Shown here one piece after another: positions 13,209-26,239 of a stretch of 64,000 nt of DNA. This DNA is from Octopus sinensis. Its lineage: Eukaryota. Under the pieces are notes generated by a model. That model did not search any database and had not been told where the DNA came from. It worked only from the letters and a program-made list of their open reading frames with translations. Where the stretch lies: positions 23,634,464-23,698,463 of the forward strand of contig NC_043011.1 of the NCBI RefSeq assembly GCF_006345805.1, read 5' to 3'. A program made the translations under genes and the position numbers. Each line of letters begins with the position of its first letter. The first letter of the stretch is position 1.

Positions 13209-13390
13209 GGGGGAGTGTGTGTGTGTTTATCTGTGTGTGCTGCCTAAAAGCCAGTATTTGTTTATATTCCTGTAACTTAGCAGTTTGACAAAAAGAGACC
13301 TGTAAGATAAGTATAAGACTTAAAATGTAAGTACTGGGGTTGATTTATTCAATTAAACTCTTCAAGGCAGTCCAATGACTGTAACAAGAT
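13025..13390 (+). mobile_element. SINE family A, CR1-tail subtype, with internal (TA)n run
   Basis: Head tagcagtgtggttaagaagc, tail hairpin CAGTC-caat-GACTG at 13368-13381. Confidence 0.8.
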
Positions 13391-13424
13391 TTAAAAAAAC
13401 AACTTTTTATCAAACTGAACAGGC

Positions 13425-13600
13425 AAAGGACCTTAGCCTAGTGGTTAGGGTTTTAGATTTCCAACTGTAACATCATTGGTTTCGATTCTCAGCCTAGTCA
13501 GTAAATTGAGAGCAGTAGTCTACAATGGACTGGTGTCCTTGTGTTTTCAGTTGCTTACACACTTTGGAAACTGAGATATCTTCTGGCTTAATGAGTTTTT
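13425..13600 (+). mobile_element. Degenerate tRNA-headed SINE of another family
   Basis: tagcctagtggttaggg (A-box-like) and ggtttcgattct (B-box-like); no intact cloverleaf recognised. Confidence 0.45.
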
Positions 13601-13698
13601 TCAATTTGAGCTAAATCCAAAGAACTCATTAACAAAATTCCACATTAGGATTGATCATAATCAACCCCAAGTAATAAACTACCATAACTGGAACCTAC

Positions 13699-13746
13699 CC
13701 TTCAGATGTTCAAAGCAAGTTTTAGCAGCACAGGACTTGCTTTTCA
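13699..13746 (-). CDS. Candidate internal exon (KSKSCAAKTCFEHLK)
   Basis: cttctatgttcctag| ... AAGG|gtaggt; 48 nt, phase 1/1, only one open frame. Confidence 0.35.
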
Positions 13747-15399
13747 CTAGGAACATAGAAGCATTCATTTAAAAATTAAATATAAAAATCAGTAACAGTC
13801 AAAGGGAATATAGTAAAATGTTTGCGGGCTAATTTTTTCAGAATATCTATCAGAAAAAATTTTGAATATAGATCTAAATATTACATTTTGATAAAAACAT
13901 AGTTTCATTTTATAACTGCAAGTAATTGTACTTCATAAACCAAAAATTAATATAAAACTATAAGTCTTTTCAAACAATCCCTTTGCATTACATTCATTCT
14001 TGAGAAGTGGTAAAGAGAGTGAGTAATACATGATCAGATTATATGTAACATTAGCTGTAGGAAGTGTATATAATTCCGCTTTATAACAAAGACTGAAAAT
14101 AGAAAACCAAAACCTTAGCAAACTGCTTATTTAAGAAAATAAAGACCATCCCAAGTGAAATAAAAAAAAAAAAATGTGCTCCGCAGTAATGTTAGCAACA
14201 ATATACTGAACATAGAAAAGAATAAAAATCACCATAAAGGTGACTAAAATAAGACCTGAAATATTCTAAAAGAATGCTTTTATAATACATCAGGGCAGTA
14301 AGTCTATTTCCAAAAACGAGTGTTGTAAGCTTTGAGCTGAGTGTTTTTCACATATTTTTTTTTTCTTTTTAATGACCCCTCTTAAACACTGAAGGCCAGC
14401 AAGTACATCCCCCCACCCACCAATCTGTGTTTTTCCTAGAAAAAGAATTATTGTATTATTCTTTATAAATCTTTCATAATCTCTAATTAAAATTTCATTC
14501 TTCCTTTGACACACGATACTGATTTCAAATCACACACACACACACACACACATTACGGCTTAGTTTCTTTTATCATAGTGAAGAAGTTTTCTTTTTATGT
14601 ATTTTATCTGGTCATTTAATATTGTGACTAAATAGAAACAGAGATATTAGAGAAGGAAGCAACCCTAGTGCTTCATCTACTGCAGAAATGGCAGATTTAT
14701 ACAAAAGAAAAAAAAAAGTTGGGTGCAGGGGCCTAAAATGTAGTGTTAATAAAGATTAGGATATTGATTTCTGATCGATTTCTAACAATAGCACATAAAA
14801 ATAAATTAATAGTGGAAGATGAAATCGATTGAACTGATCCCAGTACAAGCCTGATATTATCTATTTTATTGACATTAGAGGGAAGAAGTAATTTGAGTCT
14901 CAGAAGGATTTGAACTCACAATGTAAATAGATGTAACTAAATACTGCAAAGCATTTTACCTGACATTACCATTTCTGCAAACACTCTTATAAAGATTAAA
15001 TTTTTTCAACACTATATTTTGCAAAACCTCAACATTAAATGATGATAATGATGTAAAAGCCATCTTTCAAAATTTGTTCCATTTTGTTCAAGGTTCAATC
15101 CTAATGTTCCTAGCCCAGTCCTATGAAGAGAAACCTGGAGATCTTCTGCAACAGCCAAATATTGATCAATACTTTTGTTGTAAACGGGGTCTTATAGACA
15201 GAAATTACATAATCATATGTGCAAGTTCATCTCTGTCTCTCTCTCTCTCATACATGTATCCCTAACAGTAGGTATAGGTCTACATCTAAAAGTAGATGAA
15301 CGGCTTTTGAGAACCAGGATGCCATCAATAAAATCTGAGTAAGTAGTGAGATAAATTAAGAATTTAGCATACAAAGGTGTCCAGTCCTCAACTTTTTAT

Positions 15400-16380
15400 A
15401 ATAGTTCTGCAGATCATAAAAGATGAGTTTAAAACCAGCTGTCCATAGGAATTCCTTTGTGCTGCTAACATAGTTCTCAAAGTTGATCTCTCAAAGAGTA
15501 AGAGAAAAAATTCCAAAGATGAAAACAAAGCTTAGAATGAAGAGATTTCAAAGTAAATCTACCAAACACAAATGTTTAGCTAACAGGAAGGAAGAAGACA
15601 AGACTCTACAACCATCTGGAATCAAGCCATGCTCAATATGCATGCAGAAAAGAAGTAATAAGAATTCCATACAATGTACTCAATGTAAACTACCAGGATC
15701 TCAAGTATACTAACAAAGAAGGAAGACCTCACATGCTGCAGATGCACAGGAGTAGTTAGCAGTGAAAGCAGCCGTAAAATAAATTTGTTATCATTCTTGA
15801 AAGGCTCCAGAGGAGTAGTTGATAGCTCATTACTTAAGTGACGTAATTAGCAGTGGAGGAGGATGTTCTAAAAGGTAAACAGCCAAGAGTAAGAATGAGA
15901 AGAAAAACGTTCTGATAGTTACTACCTCAGCTGGCAACAGGGATTCTCTCGCTGAGTGAAGGACATTGTATGATGCTTGTGTATAAAGTATTGAATGACA
16001 GAAAAACATGAGCATTAAATGTAAAGGTTGTATAAAGACAGTGTATATAGAAATGAAGCAAGTAGGTTTCAACTGATGGGTAATGTTAGTGTGCATGGAC
16101 AATGAGGCAGAAATGAACTGAGAGACAAACTGTGTACATGAAAAATTAGATATAGTGTGCAAGAAAGAAGGCTGTGCTGTATATGGAGAATGACAGGTGG
16201 GTAAAGAACTGCCAAGTTGTCCAAGTGGAAGTAACTTGCAGAAGAAGGTAACTGAGGAAGACATGAGAAGGGGTGAAAGATGATCTCAAACGGTTGAGCC
16301 TCACAATGGAAATGACAAAAGATCACAATTGGCAAGATGTTATATTGGTAGACCCATCCAACCCATACAATCCTGAGAAA
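15400..16380 (+). mobile_element. Decayed RTE-clade LINE, RT C-terminal region
   Basis: KPCSICMQK..NKNSIQCTQCKL cysteine motif followed by remnants of SSGGGCS, LYDACV and VQERRL-type motifs. Confidence 0.75.
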
Positions 16381-17639
16381 AAAAAGTGAAATAAAAAAAC
16401 AACAATACAATGATGGTGGTGATGCTAGGTGTTCCTCTGCTTGTGTTTGTTTACACCAGTCTATCTATCCATCTATTTAGGTCGTCCCTCAGGATGACAT
16501 GGATGGATAGATGGATGGATGGATGGATAGATAAATAGCTAGACAGACACCAGTATTTTGTGTCCCTTTATAGTTTTAACTTAGCAGTCGATAAATAGAT
16601 ATCAATAAAATAAGAACCAGACAGAAACAAGTATTGAAATTAATATGATTGATTAAAACTTTTGAAAGTGCCATCCCAATATGGCCATAGTCCAATGAGT
16701 GAAACTAACAAAAGTAAAAGAATATTGTCTTAGATAACTGTCAGAAATATAGACAAGATTGTCAAGGTTTACCTAAACTTAATATCAACAATGCCAACAG
16801 TTGCTAGAAAAAGCAGCCAAATTTCTCAAACTCCTGCCTACAATCTTAAAATAAGACTATGGTTTATGGTGCCCACCACATAAAAGCAGACAAATATTAC
16901 ATACATTACAAACAATTCAGCAGCATGACGAGATTAAACTAAATTGCTAAAATAAAATCCTTAGATTTATACTGATAGTGACCCCAAAATAACTGACATT
17001 CTGAAGATTCCTGGTAGCAAGCCACAGTTTCAGTGAATGGATTAGATGGTTTTAAAAAGGTAATTTATAACAGATTGTTAGCAACAAGGTCTGTTCACCA
17101 GATATACTAAAGCTAAATAAACAATGCTCTACTCCAATAAAATATATCTTGTGCAATTTAAATTTTTTTCAAGTGACAGATCTGATAGAGGAATGCTAGA
17201 GTTTCAAACAAAATATGTTAAATATTCACCATTCTTTGACATTACTATAGGTGTGGTGGCCTAAGTAATTAAAAAGGTAGATAATAATGACTAAACTCAG
17301 AGGTTAGAAATTGTAAATACCACATTAATCATTGTCTTCAGTTAAACTAGCCAAAAATAGGTTGTCCACTGTACTACATGATTAAAATGTTTGGTGTTTG
17401 TGAAAAACATCTAAAACTTTTGCACCAAAACCTGTGGAAATTTATGTCAAACTGTACAACCAAATAGTGGATACTAAAATGGAAAATTTTGTAAAATGGT
17501 AAAAATGAAAATAAATATAAAAGATTCCCATATCAGCACATTGAAATAGACTGATAAAATATTCACAGGTAGAAAACAACTAGCAATTTTTTTCTGATTA
17601 GGCAACTATGTCACATCACAGTTATCACCTGCCAACAAT

Positions 17640-17875
17640 GTCATCCTCATCATCTAACATTCACTTTTCCATGCTTGCATAGGTCAGATGAAATTTGTTG
17701 AGGCAGGCTTTACTACAGCCAGATGCTCTTCCTGTCACTAAGTCTCATTTGTTTCTAAACAAGGCAATATTTCCCCCATGGCCGGACATGTTTTTCACAG
17801 AAGACTGGAAACAAACAACATAGCTATACATTTCTTTCAGTTTCCATCTATCAAAACCACTTACAAGATTTATGT
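17640..17875 (-). mobile_element. SINE family A, RTE-tail subtype, partial
   Basis: catcatctaacattcacttttccatgcttgcat is the reverse complement of the RTE-type tail. Confidence 0.65.
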
Positions 17876-18844
17876 AATGTCTTAAAAAAAATTTATTGAA
17901 AATTTAAGTATGTTGCTTAGACACCTTATGAACTCCAGAAATAACTCCATTAATCTAAAGGCATATAATCTATAGAGAAACAAATTTTAAAACCACTTTT
18001 CTTCTCCCTAAATCTTTTCTCCAGTTTGTGTTTTGTGCTCCTCCCTAAGTACGTAGAAAATTATAGTCAATTTTTTGGAGGGACATCTTAAAATGATTGG
18101 TACAATGAAGGAGGACAATCTCTGTTTCTTACCCCAAAATCAACAAAACACATAAAAAAAAAATACAGATAAAAAAACATCCAGCCAGATAGTGATTTTA
18201 TTGTGAGCTGAGATAGTGAGACAAACCTAGCATAATATACTCAATCTTTTAATATACAAAGTGATAAATTCTCTGATAAACCAGGTCCAATAATGTGACT
18301 AAATCAGCACTAGAACTGCTTCACCTATATCAGTAATGCACTTATAAACCTCTAAATCCTCTTCTAATAAATCTAAAATATCATGTCTACGCAAAAAGTC
18401 ATTTTAGATTAATGCTGAGAATCTAGTGAAGCAGTTAGAGATGCAACCTGTAACTCCAGTTTTTGCTTTCATTTGGAATGAATTTGCCTACAATTCTAAA
18501 GTGTATTGGGAAAACATGAAAACCTTCCCATCTCTCTTCTAAATAAACATGGAAACTTTCTGTGTCTCTTCTAAATAAACCCAAAGTTAACTACTTCGGT
18601 AAAAAAATCCTTATTTCTTAAAATAAAATGTATCCAAATATACTTTCAAATAATGCATGCAACCACACACACCACTTCAAATCAAACTTCATAAAAGCAT
18701 CTTCCACAACAATCTCCAAACACATTTGCTCTCAATCCTTCAACCATAACATTTTTTTTCAAATTAAGCCTTCTGTCTTTTCTTTGCTTCAATTTCACAT
18801 TATTTATTCCTAGTGCTTAAGTGGTTGATAAAAAAGAATGAAAA

Positions 18845-20490
18845 GCAGTGTTGACCAAGGTAGGATTTGAACACAATCTAAAGAGCTAGAAGAAATGCCA
18901 CAAAGCATTTCGTCCAACATGCTAATGATTCTGCCAGCTCACTGCTTTAAGAATTATAATAATAATACTTTCTGCTAAAGGCACGAGGGCTGATATTTTG
19001 GGGGAGGGGACTAGTTGATTACATCGACCCCAGTCTTTCACTGGTACTTAATTTATTGACCCCAAAAGGATAAAAGGTAAAGTCAACCTCAGCAAAATCT
19101 GAACCCAGAATGTGAAGACAAATGAAATACCACTAAGTATTTCACTCAGCATGCTAATGATTCTGCCAGCTTGCCTAATGATGATAATAATCATAAATGC
19201 TGTAATGCAGTATCAGACAGTGGCTCTCGTGACTTTTGATGTTAACTGATTGGAAGTGTTATCCTGTACATGTTTTGTCTTGGTATAAAAGATGAGCTAC
19301 AACAAATATTCTGCTCAATACCACAGATTTGCTTGTCAGTTACTTGAACATAACCAGTTGAGCATGTTCCTTAGTGGCTGATGATATGAGTATCTCTGAT
19401 CACAAGCAAAAATAGTGAGGGAGCTTCATAGCTATGTGTTGAAAGGAATTTTGGTAGGTTTGAATTGGGTGTTTCATTCATCATCACTTAAACCTTATTC
19501 AGAGACCTTTTGAGCAGGATCAGCTACTCAGCCTGATGAAAATTCTAACTGGGCTCTACCGGCAAGGTCATGTGCTGTTTATCTTGATATGAAATCACCG
19601 TGCTACGCACATATGGTTGTGATGCATGTGCCTGGTGTACCCTTATCAGACAAGTACTCATTTTTTATATATTGGGCTTCGTATATTTGTACCCCAATGT
19701 CACTGTGATGGCATGTGCTGCTCTCTCACTAAATAATAATAATGGTTTCAAATTTTGGCACAAGACCAGCAAGTTTAGGGGAGGGATAAATCGATTACAT
19801 CAACTCCTTTGTACAAATGGTACTTATTTTATTGATCTCAAAAGGATAAAAAGTTAAGTTGACCTCAGCAGAATTTGAACACAGAATGTAAAAGATGTAC
19901 AAAATGACACTATGCATCTTTCCCAGCATACTAATAATTCTGCCAGCTCACCTCTTTAATGATAATAACAATAATGGCTAGCAGTTTCAGGAGGAAGAAG
20001 AAAGTCAATTACATTGATCCCGTTGTTCAACTGATATTCTATTGACCTCAAAAGGATGAAAGGCAAAGTCAATTTCAGCAGAATTTGTAAGCAGAACATA
20101 AAGACAGAAGAAATGCTGCTAAGCATTTAGCCCGGTGTGCAAACAATTCTGCCAGCTCACCACCCAAAAGAATGACAGGCAAAGTCGGCCTCGGCAGAAT
20201 TTGAACTCAGAACATAAAGACGGATGAAATCCAGCTAGACATTTTGCCCAGTATGCTAACGATTCTGCCAGCTCACTACCATCATATAATAATAATCCTT
20301 TCTACTATAGGCATAAGATTTGAAATTTCAGGGGAGGGGCTGAAGTCAATTTCATAGACCCCAGTGCTCAACAGGTACTTATTTTTCAACCCTGAAAGGA
20401 TGAAAGGTAAAGTGTACCCCAGTAGCATTCTGCCCAGTATGCTAATAATTCTGCCAGCTCACTGCCTTCACATCATAATAACAATAATAA
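18845..20490 (-). mobile_element. Cluster of at least six co-oriented SINE family B copies joined by (AAT)n
   Basis: Head ends (attctgccagct) recur near 18930, 19160, 19940, 20150, 20265 and 20450; gaaaggatgaaaggcaaagt-type cores recur. Confidence 0.8.
19205..19745 (+). mobile_element. 5'-truncated LINE-like 3' end with (AAT)n tail
   Basis: Non-coding, ends ...gcatgtgctgctctctcactaaataataataat; resembles a common octopod repeat as I recall it; clade not established. Confidence 0.5.
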
Positions 20491-21561
20491 TGAATCAAAG
20501 ATACAGTGCAATATAGAAAATACAACGACAATTAGTAGGTTAGCAAACAGTAATAGAATTACTAATAAATGAAGTGTGAAATATGTTTGCAGTTTATTTT
20601 TGCTAACAAATGACCACAATTTTAGAATCAGTTTTTTAAAAAAATTGTTTCCTTGTTTGTTTGTTTTTTTTTTGAATAACTTAAATCTGTTAAATGGCGT
20701 TTTAAGTGTTATAGCAATCATAAAGAATGAGAGAGAGCCTACTTGCATGCAAGCATGAATGTGTGTAAGAGAGAAGATGGGTATGGGTAAACAAGTAACA
20801 GCCTTTAATTGAGGCCAGAAAGACTTAAGATTTATTCCAAATTGATTATAGAATCACAGAGGATGTGTTTATGGGAACAGAAGATAACTAATGATACAAT
20901 ATTTGCTTCTTTGCTTTTCAAAATCTAAGCATTCTCTCTCTCTCTCTTTCTCACACACACATACATACATTGAAGACTAAAGTCGTTATGATTTGAAGAC
21001 ATTAGCCAAAAAACAAACAAACATGAAACCAATTGAAAATGTAAATATCTAAATTTAGCTGATATGCAATGTGCTGTAATTTCAAGTTGCCAGCTAGAAA
21101 TATTCTAAACATAAAAAAAAAAAAAAACTACATACAGTTAGAATGCAAATGTGATGAAATAACAAGATTGTTCTTATTTGCAGTAAATAAAATATTAAAA
21201 AACTCTCAAATTAAATACTTAAAAAAAAAAAAAAAGCATTTGTTTTTCATTTGCTACAGATTTTCTACAGAAGAAAGTTTGCTCTCGAAACTAAATATCA
21301 CGTTAGGATTTTATGCTGTCCATTTATTCTTAGAAATGAACAGCCTCCAAAAGGAAATTATTATAAAATTTTAGTATCTAAATCAATTAAATTAAAATGT
21401 TAATTTAAGACTTTAAGTTAGTTATAATAAAATTAAAATAAATAAATCAGTTAATCCAAATGGAATTGAACAGAGGTCCAAATGTTAATAAAATTAACAG
21501 TTGATTCAATATTTTTAGTTTAAGAATTCTACATACACAACAAATAGTTCCCAGTAGTAAT

Positions 21562-21581
21562 TCATACGTTTAAGAACCAAC
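21562..21581 (-). CDS. Candidate terminal exon ((G)WFLNV*)
   Basis: Strong acceptor tttatttactttctag|GT; phase 1 gives a stop at 21562-64; the phase-2 reading LVLKRMNYYWELFV with donor gtatgt is an alternative. Confidence 0.25.
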
Positions 21582-22185
21582 CTAGAAAGTAAATAAACCT
21601 TTTGTTAATCTGTGGAGCAAATAGACACTCACATTGAACACAATACAGACAATTGAAAATATTTAGAGAGTTTTCAATAGAAGCTAACATTACATAAAGA
21701 AACCTCTGTGAATTGAGTAACTAGCATTGTTTAGCATCTTGTTTTAAAACAGACTCAATGTAAAAAGAAATTTTGTTCATAAATATACACAACGCTATGG
21801 GAATAATTTATTTATTAATCATCAGAAATTCTTGATATACCAAAAGAACAACCTGTCAGCTAAATTGTTATATAATTAAAAGGTAAGCTCAGAGAATGAA
21901 GTGAGAACAGCAACTTAAATAGAATGATGAACAAGACAGACAAGATTTAAAGTAGAAAGAGAATGCAATTGTAGGGAGCAAAAGAACAGGCAAAAGAAAT
22001 TTGCACTACGAACACATGGTAATGCTTATAAAGGTTGTAATGATACAAAGTAGCTTGGACTCAGTAAATTTGTTTTTGCACTGAATAAAATATATTCAAC
22101 AGTGAATGTAGTAGAGTTGAATATTCAAAATATAGGAAAGCAAAAATACTAAAGTAAACCAATGAAAATTCAGTATTCAGATTAC

Positions 22186-22263
22186 CATGGTTAACAAAGA
22201 AGTCATTATGAAAGAGTTTAATCATTATATTAATTTCTTTCAAGCAATTTATCGCCAGAACAT
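22186..22263 (-). CDS. Candidate internal exon ((D)VLAINCLKEINIMIKLFHNDFFVNH)
   Basis: atttgaacag| ... CATG|gtaatc; 78 nt, phase 1/1. Confidence 0.3.
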
Positions 22264-22364
22264 CTGTTCAAATCTAGTTTGTGATAGAAGCTAACTTACA
22301 CAACCTGCTTACTTTTGAGAATACATTCAAACAAGGTGTGGATATGCATCATATCTTTTCTCTT

Positions 22365-22535
22365 TTACTTGTTTCAGCCATTAGACTGCGCCATGCTGGA
22401 GCATCACCTTGAAGCATACTTATATTTTGAGTTTGATACTTATTCTATCAATTTCTTTTGCCAGACAAGTTATGGGATCTAAACAAACCAACACTAGCTG
22501 TAGAGCAGTAGGAAGGGACAAGCACAAAGACACAA

Positions 22536-22609
<74 letters not shown>

Positions 22610-22880
22610 ACATAGAGACTGTAGAAATTAAAAAGCAAAGAAGACTTAGGCAGAATTAACATGATGCTATAATAGGTTTAACCTTTGCATCACAAGTACA
22701 GTACATCCAATGCACATCTGTACAATTTTTGTCTACTCAATTTCATTCAAAAATCAAAAGGTTTGGATAAACCCAAGATTCTGGTTAAGAAAAAAAAAAA
22801 AACACTTGCTCATGGTACCACATACTGAGATTGAGCAAGGAACCTAATGATTGAAAAGCAAACTTCTTAACCATTCAGCC
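22365..22880 (-). mobile_element. SINE family A, CR1-tail subtype, with internal (CA)n(TA)n
   Basis: ttttacttgtttcagccattagactgcgccatgctggagc is the reverse-complement tail; degenerate head ends near 22880. Confidence 0.7.
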
Positions 22881-23450
22881 ATCATGTGCGTGCACACATG
22901 AGAGAGAGGGACAGACAGACAGAGAGGGAGAGAGATATGTATAAAAATAAACTCTATATTAATCCAAGTTTGAAACACATTTGAAAAGAAAGACCTAAAA
23001 CATCAATAAGACTAGGTGTATTGTTGGCAACCCTCTTGTGTAGGCTTTGTGTGACTTCACTGTTGATACTTTACTATGTTAAAATTTAGGAGACCAAATC
23101 AGTTATAAACAAAAAGTATATTATAAGTAAGATGAGTTAAAAATGTATAACTGTAGTTGATATAATTTCTCTGTACTGAAACATTAGTACACTGCTTTTC
23201 AATTACCATAGTAAAAACAAATTTTGTTACAAACAACAGATAGGAAGCAACAGAAATTGGTCATAAAGAAAGAATTCTTTTTTTTCTTTTTTTTTTGTCT
23301 AGTCACTCTAAGGAAACTGCAACACAATTTAGAGAGTATACCATGCTAAATTCCATCACTCAATTTTCAATATTCAGCAGATAGCACAGGGCAATTCCTT
23401 CTTGAATAACACAAATAACAACAGAGATGTAAAAAATGAAAATGAAAATG

Positions 23451-23484
<34 letters not shown>

Positions 23485-23485
23485 C

Positions 23486-23588
23486 CATAAATCTCATCAG
23501 GTATCCTCAAAAGAGACGTCGAAAGTGGTTCGACCTTCATGTTCAAGGCATTTAAAGCAAGTAATCCGTCCAGGATTGTTGGAAAGGA
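23486..23588 (-). CDS. Candidate internal exon (SFPTILDGLLALNALNMKVEPLSTSLLRIPDEIY)
   Basis: Long pyrimidine-rich tract ctttttcactcctgttattctttaattgtggtttag|, donor G|gtgatt; 103 nt, phase 0 in, phase 1 out. Confidence 0.3.
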
Positions 23589-25234
23589 CTAAACCACAAT
23601 TAAAGAATAACAGGAGTGAAAAAGTTGGAAGTAGCCAAGATGCTGGCTGGCCGACAATATACTGCACACTGGAGGAAGAGCTGAACCAAATTAAGAGCAG
23701 GGATCAACAGAATACTAAAAACAATCTGCTGATACATTTGGCCTCTTTCAATAATTGATTTGAAGCCAAATCACCAGTTAAGTCTATTTCAAGTGAGACA
23801 ATCCATAGTAATAAAAGTAAACCGCAGAGATTATGGATGAATGCGTGGCTGATGTATGGTTATGACATGAATTCTGAGATATTGATTGCAACCTACTTTG
23901 CACTGTACTGAAAACAGCAACAGTCAAGAAGAAATTGATAGTACTCAGGAAGAAGTTTGTGTTTTATAGACTTGAAAATTTCTACAGCCTCACAGAAAAA
24001 TAAATACCAAATAAATATTAGAAAAGGAACATAGCCAGTTATTTGCATTGCTCTATACTGCTTATGTGTATTTCCAGGCACCATAAAGTACAACTGTGTT
24101 ACATATTCATAATCCATAAAAATAAAAAAATGGAAATAATTACATAAACATTCACATATCCACATACAATTTACTGAGATTTTCAGATTATTTATATAGT
24201 TACTGCCCTGAGGTTATGAATATAAAGTTCTAGACTTAAGTACTGATAGAGAATTTAGCAATCTTAACCTTAAGGTTATATTACTATATTATATTACATT
24301 GCTATTAATAAATGGGAACATTTTATGTAATAAAAATCTTAACTAATCTCAAAATTGTCCATTTAATAATAGAGATTTAACAAAATAGACTCAATCCCAT
24401 AATGTGAAGATAGTTATGCTATTAAATACGAAATTACAGCCACGTTTTTTTAATTTCAAATTTGCTCGTGCTAACCACAGTAAATTACACTGCTTATTTT
24501 TATTCAATATTAATTGTCCAGCTTTATATACTAACGTTAATGAATTAAAAAACTACTTTCTACCACCACAAGGCCTAACTTCATGTAATGCAAAACCTGG
24601 AAGTGAATCAAGAGAAGGCATTGTCTGAACTGTGATACAAGTAAATCAGAAGAGCTCAACTTTTACAATGCAAGAGTTATTTTTTCTTCTTTTTCTTTTT
24701 TCTGATTAAATAATTTATCCAATCAAGGAGGGAGGGTGAATTTTAAATGCAATGGCCAGTTGAATGAACCAGTAAGTAATAAATAAAATAGAGAAACATT
24801 TACAACTGTGCACCATTATCATTATCGTTTTACATCCACTTTCCACACTGACATAGGCAGCACGTGTTGTCATTATTCAAGCCAATTTAAATTGACATGA
24901 TGAATTAATTTTAAGCTGGTTAAATGCAGGAACAAATGGTAATACAAATTAATTCATGCTTTTTCTTCTTTTTTTTGCGAACCTTATTTGATTAATCTTA
25001 CTGCTGTCATTATAAAGTGTCTTCACACCCACTTAACAAAGCCCTAAAATGTGCTTGATTCAGTTTATCTGACTAACAAAAAGCAAGATCTATTATTTAA
25101 ATCATTCCATTACCATATTTCTGATGAGACATGGTGTTGTGTTTATGTTTTTAGTTTTTGAAGTAATCAAAAATTTGGAGGGATTTCATAAAATTAACTT
25201 GTTCTAAGATAAAATTACAGTAGTTTTAACTTAA

Positions 25235-25456
25235 CCCTTTGACATTCAGATTATACTGTAAAATGTAATGCTTATCTACTGACATTGTTTTGAATTAATC
25301 ATGGATTATCTCGGAGCTTAAACATTTTGATGATGTCATTTATTTATCGTTAGAGCAAAATTATAGGGTAAGTGTAAGAGGTCAGATCTGGCCAGTTTGT
25401 ACATTAAACAGGTAGAATTATTTTGGCCAGACATCGCCAGTTTAAATACTAAAGGG
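25235..25456 (-). mobile_element. piggyBac-like MITE (family P1), 222 bp
   Basis: TTAA at 25231-34 and 25457-60; CCCTTT...AAAGGG termini. Confidence 0.8.
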
Positions 25457-26239
25457 TTAAATATCAACATTATAAAACAGGTGGCTTTATATTACAGAAT
25501 TAGAAGTAGTCTCTGATTAATATCAAAAGAGTTAAGGTTAATGAGTTAGCAGTAGGTAATTGTGTAGCAAAAGAATGCAGTTGTTAAAAACAACTAGCAC
25601 AAATGAAACCTCACACCCATGCAGGCATGGAATAATGTGAAAGCATTTTTGAAATTTTTTTTTTAAATGAAAAAGATAACCTGTGTTCAAAGCAAATAGC
25701 AGAACTGGAAAATTTTCTGACAACACAGCCACTTTAAAATATTAATATTCAAGTTACTTTATTTTTGTATACTTTAAAATGATTCTTTCACTTAAAAGAC
25801 ATAGGGTATTTACTTCCAGAATAGTTATAAATAGTAAATATTCTTATATCATTGGCAGGAGTAAATTTGGAAAGGTAATCAGTTTCATTAACTCAATTTG
25901 GTTTGCAATTTAAAGAGAGAAGACAATCTTGATAAAATCTGATTAAGATATGGATAATTAGTTGACTTTTATAACTGTCATCAAGTTAGTTTGTTTTTTG
26001 GGGGTGGAGGGGGTATTTTATTTTATTTTCTTTCATTTTTAGTATCAGTAAAATTATGTGAAGAACAATATCAAGTAATTGGTAAACTGATTCTATTTAA
26101 CTGAGCAAGTCTAACCAAAACTGAACGACAGTCATGCCTAATGTAAATAAAACAATTTCCCCAACTAATATAAGCAAAATATTTATTGTTTCCATGTCAC
26201 ATCAACCTTCAATCACTGTCACCATCACTTAGACGATTT

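Noticed and set aside
23402-23758. Plus-strand 118-aa ORF with poly-Lys
   Set aside because: TTG start, poly-Lys comes from an A run, no splice or domain support.
23600-23870. Single in-frame stops as selenocysteine or A-to-I recoded Trp codons (also near 45810)
   Set aside because: No SECIS or protein homology seen; single stops in otherwise open frames are expected by chance in this much sequence.
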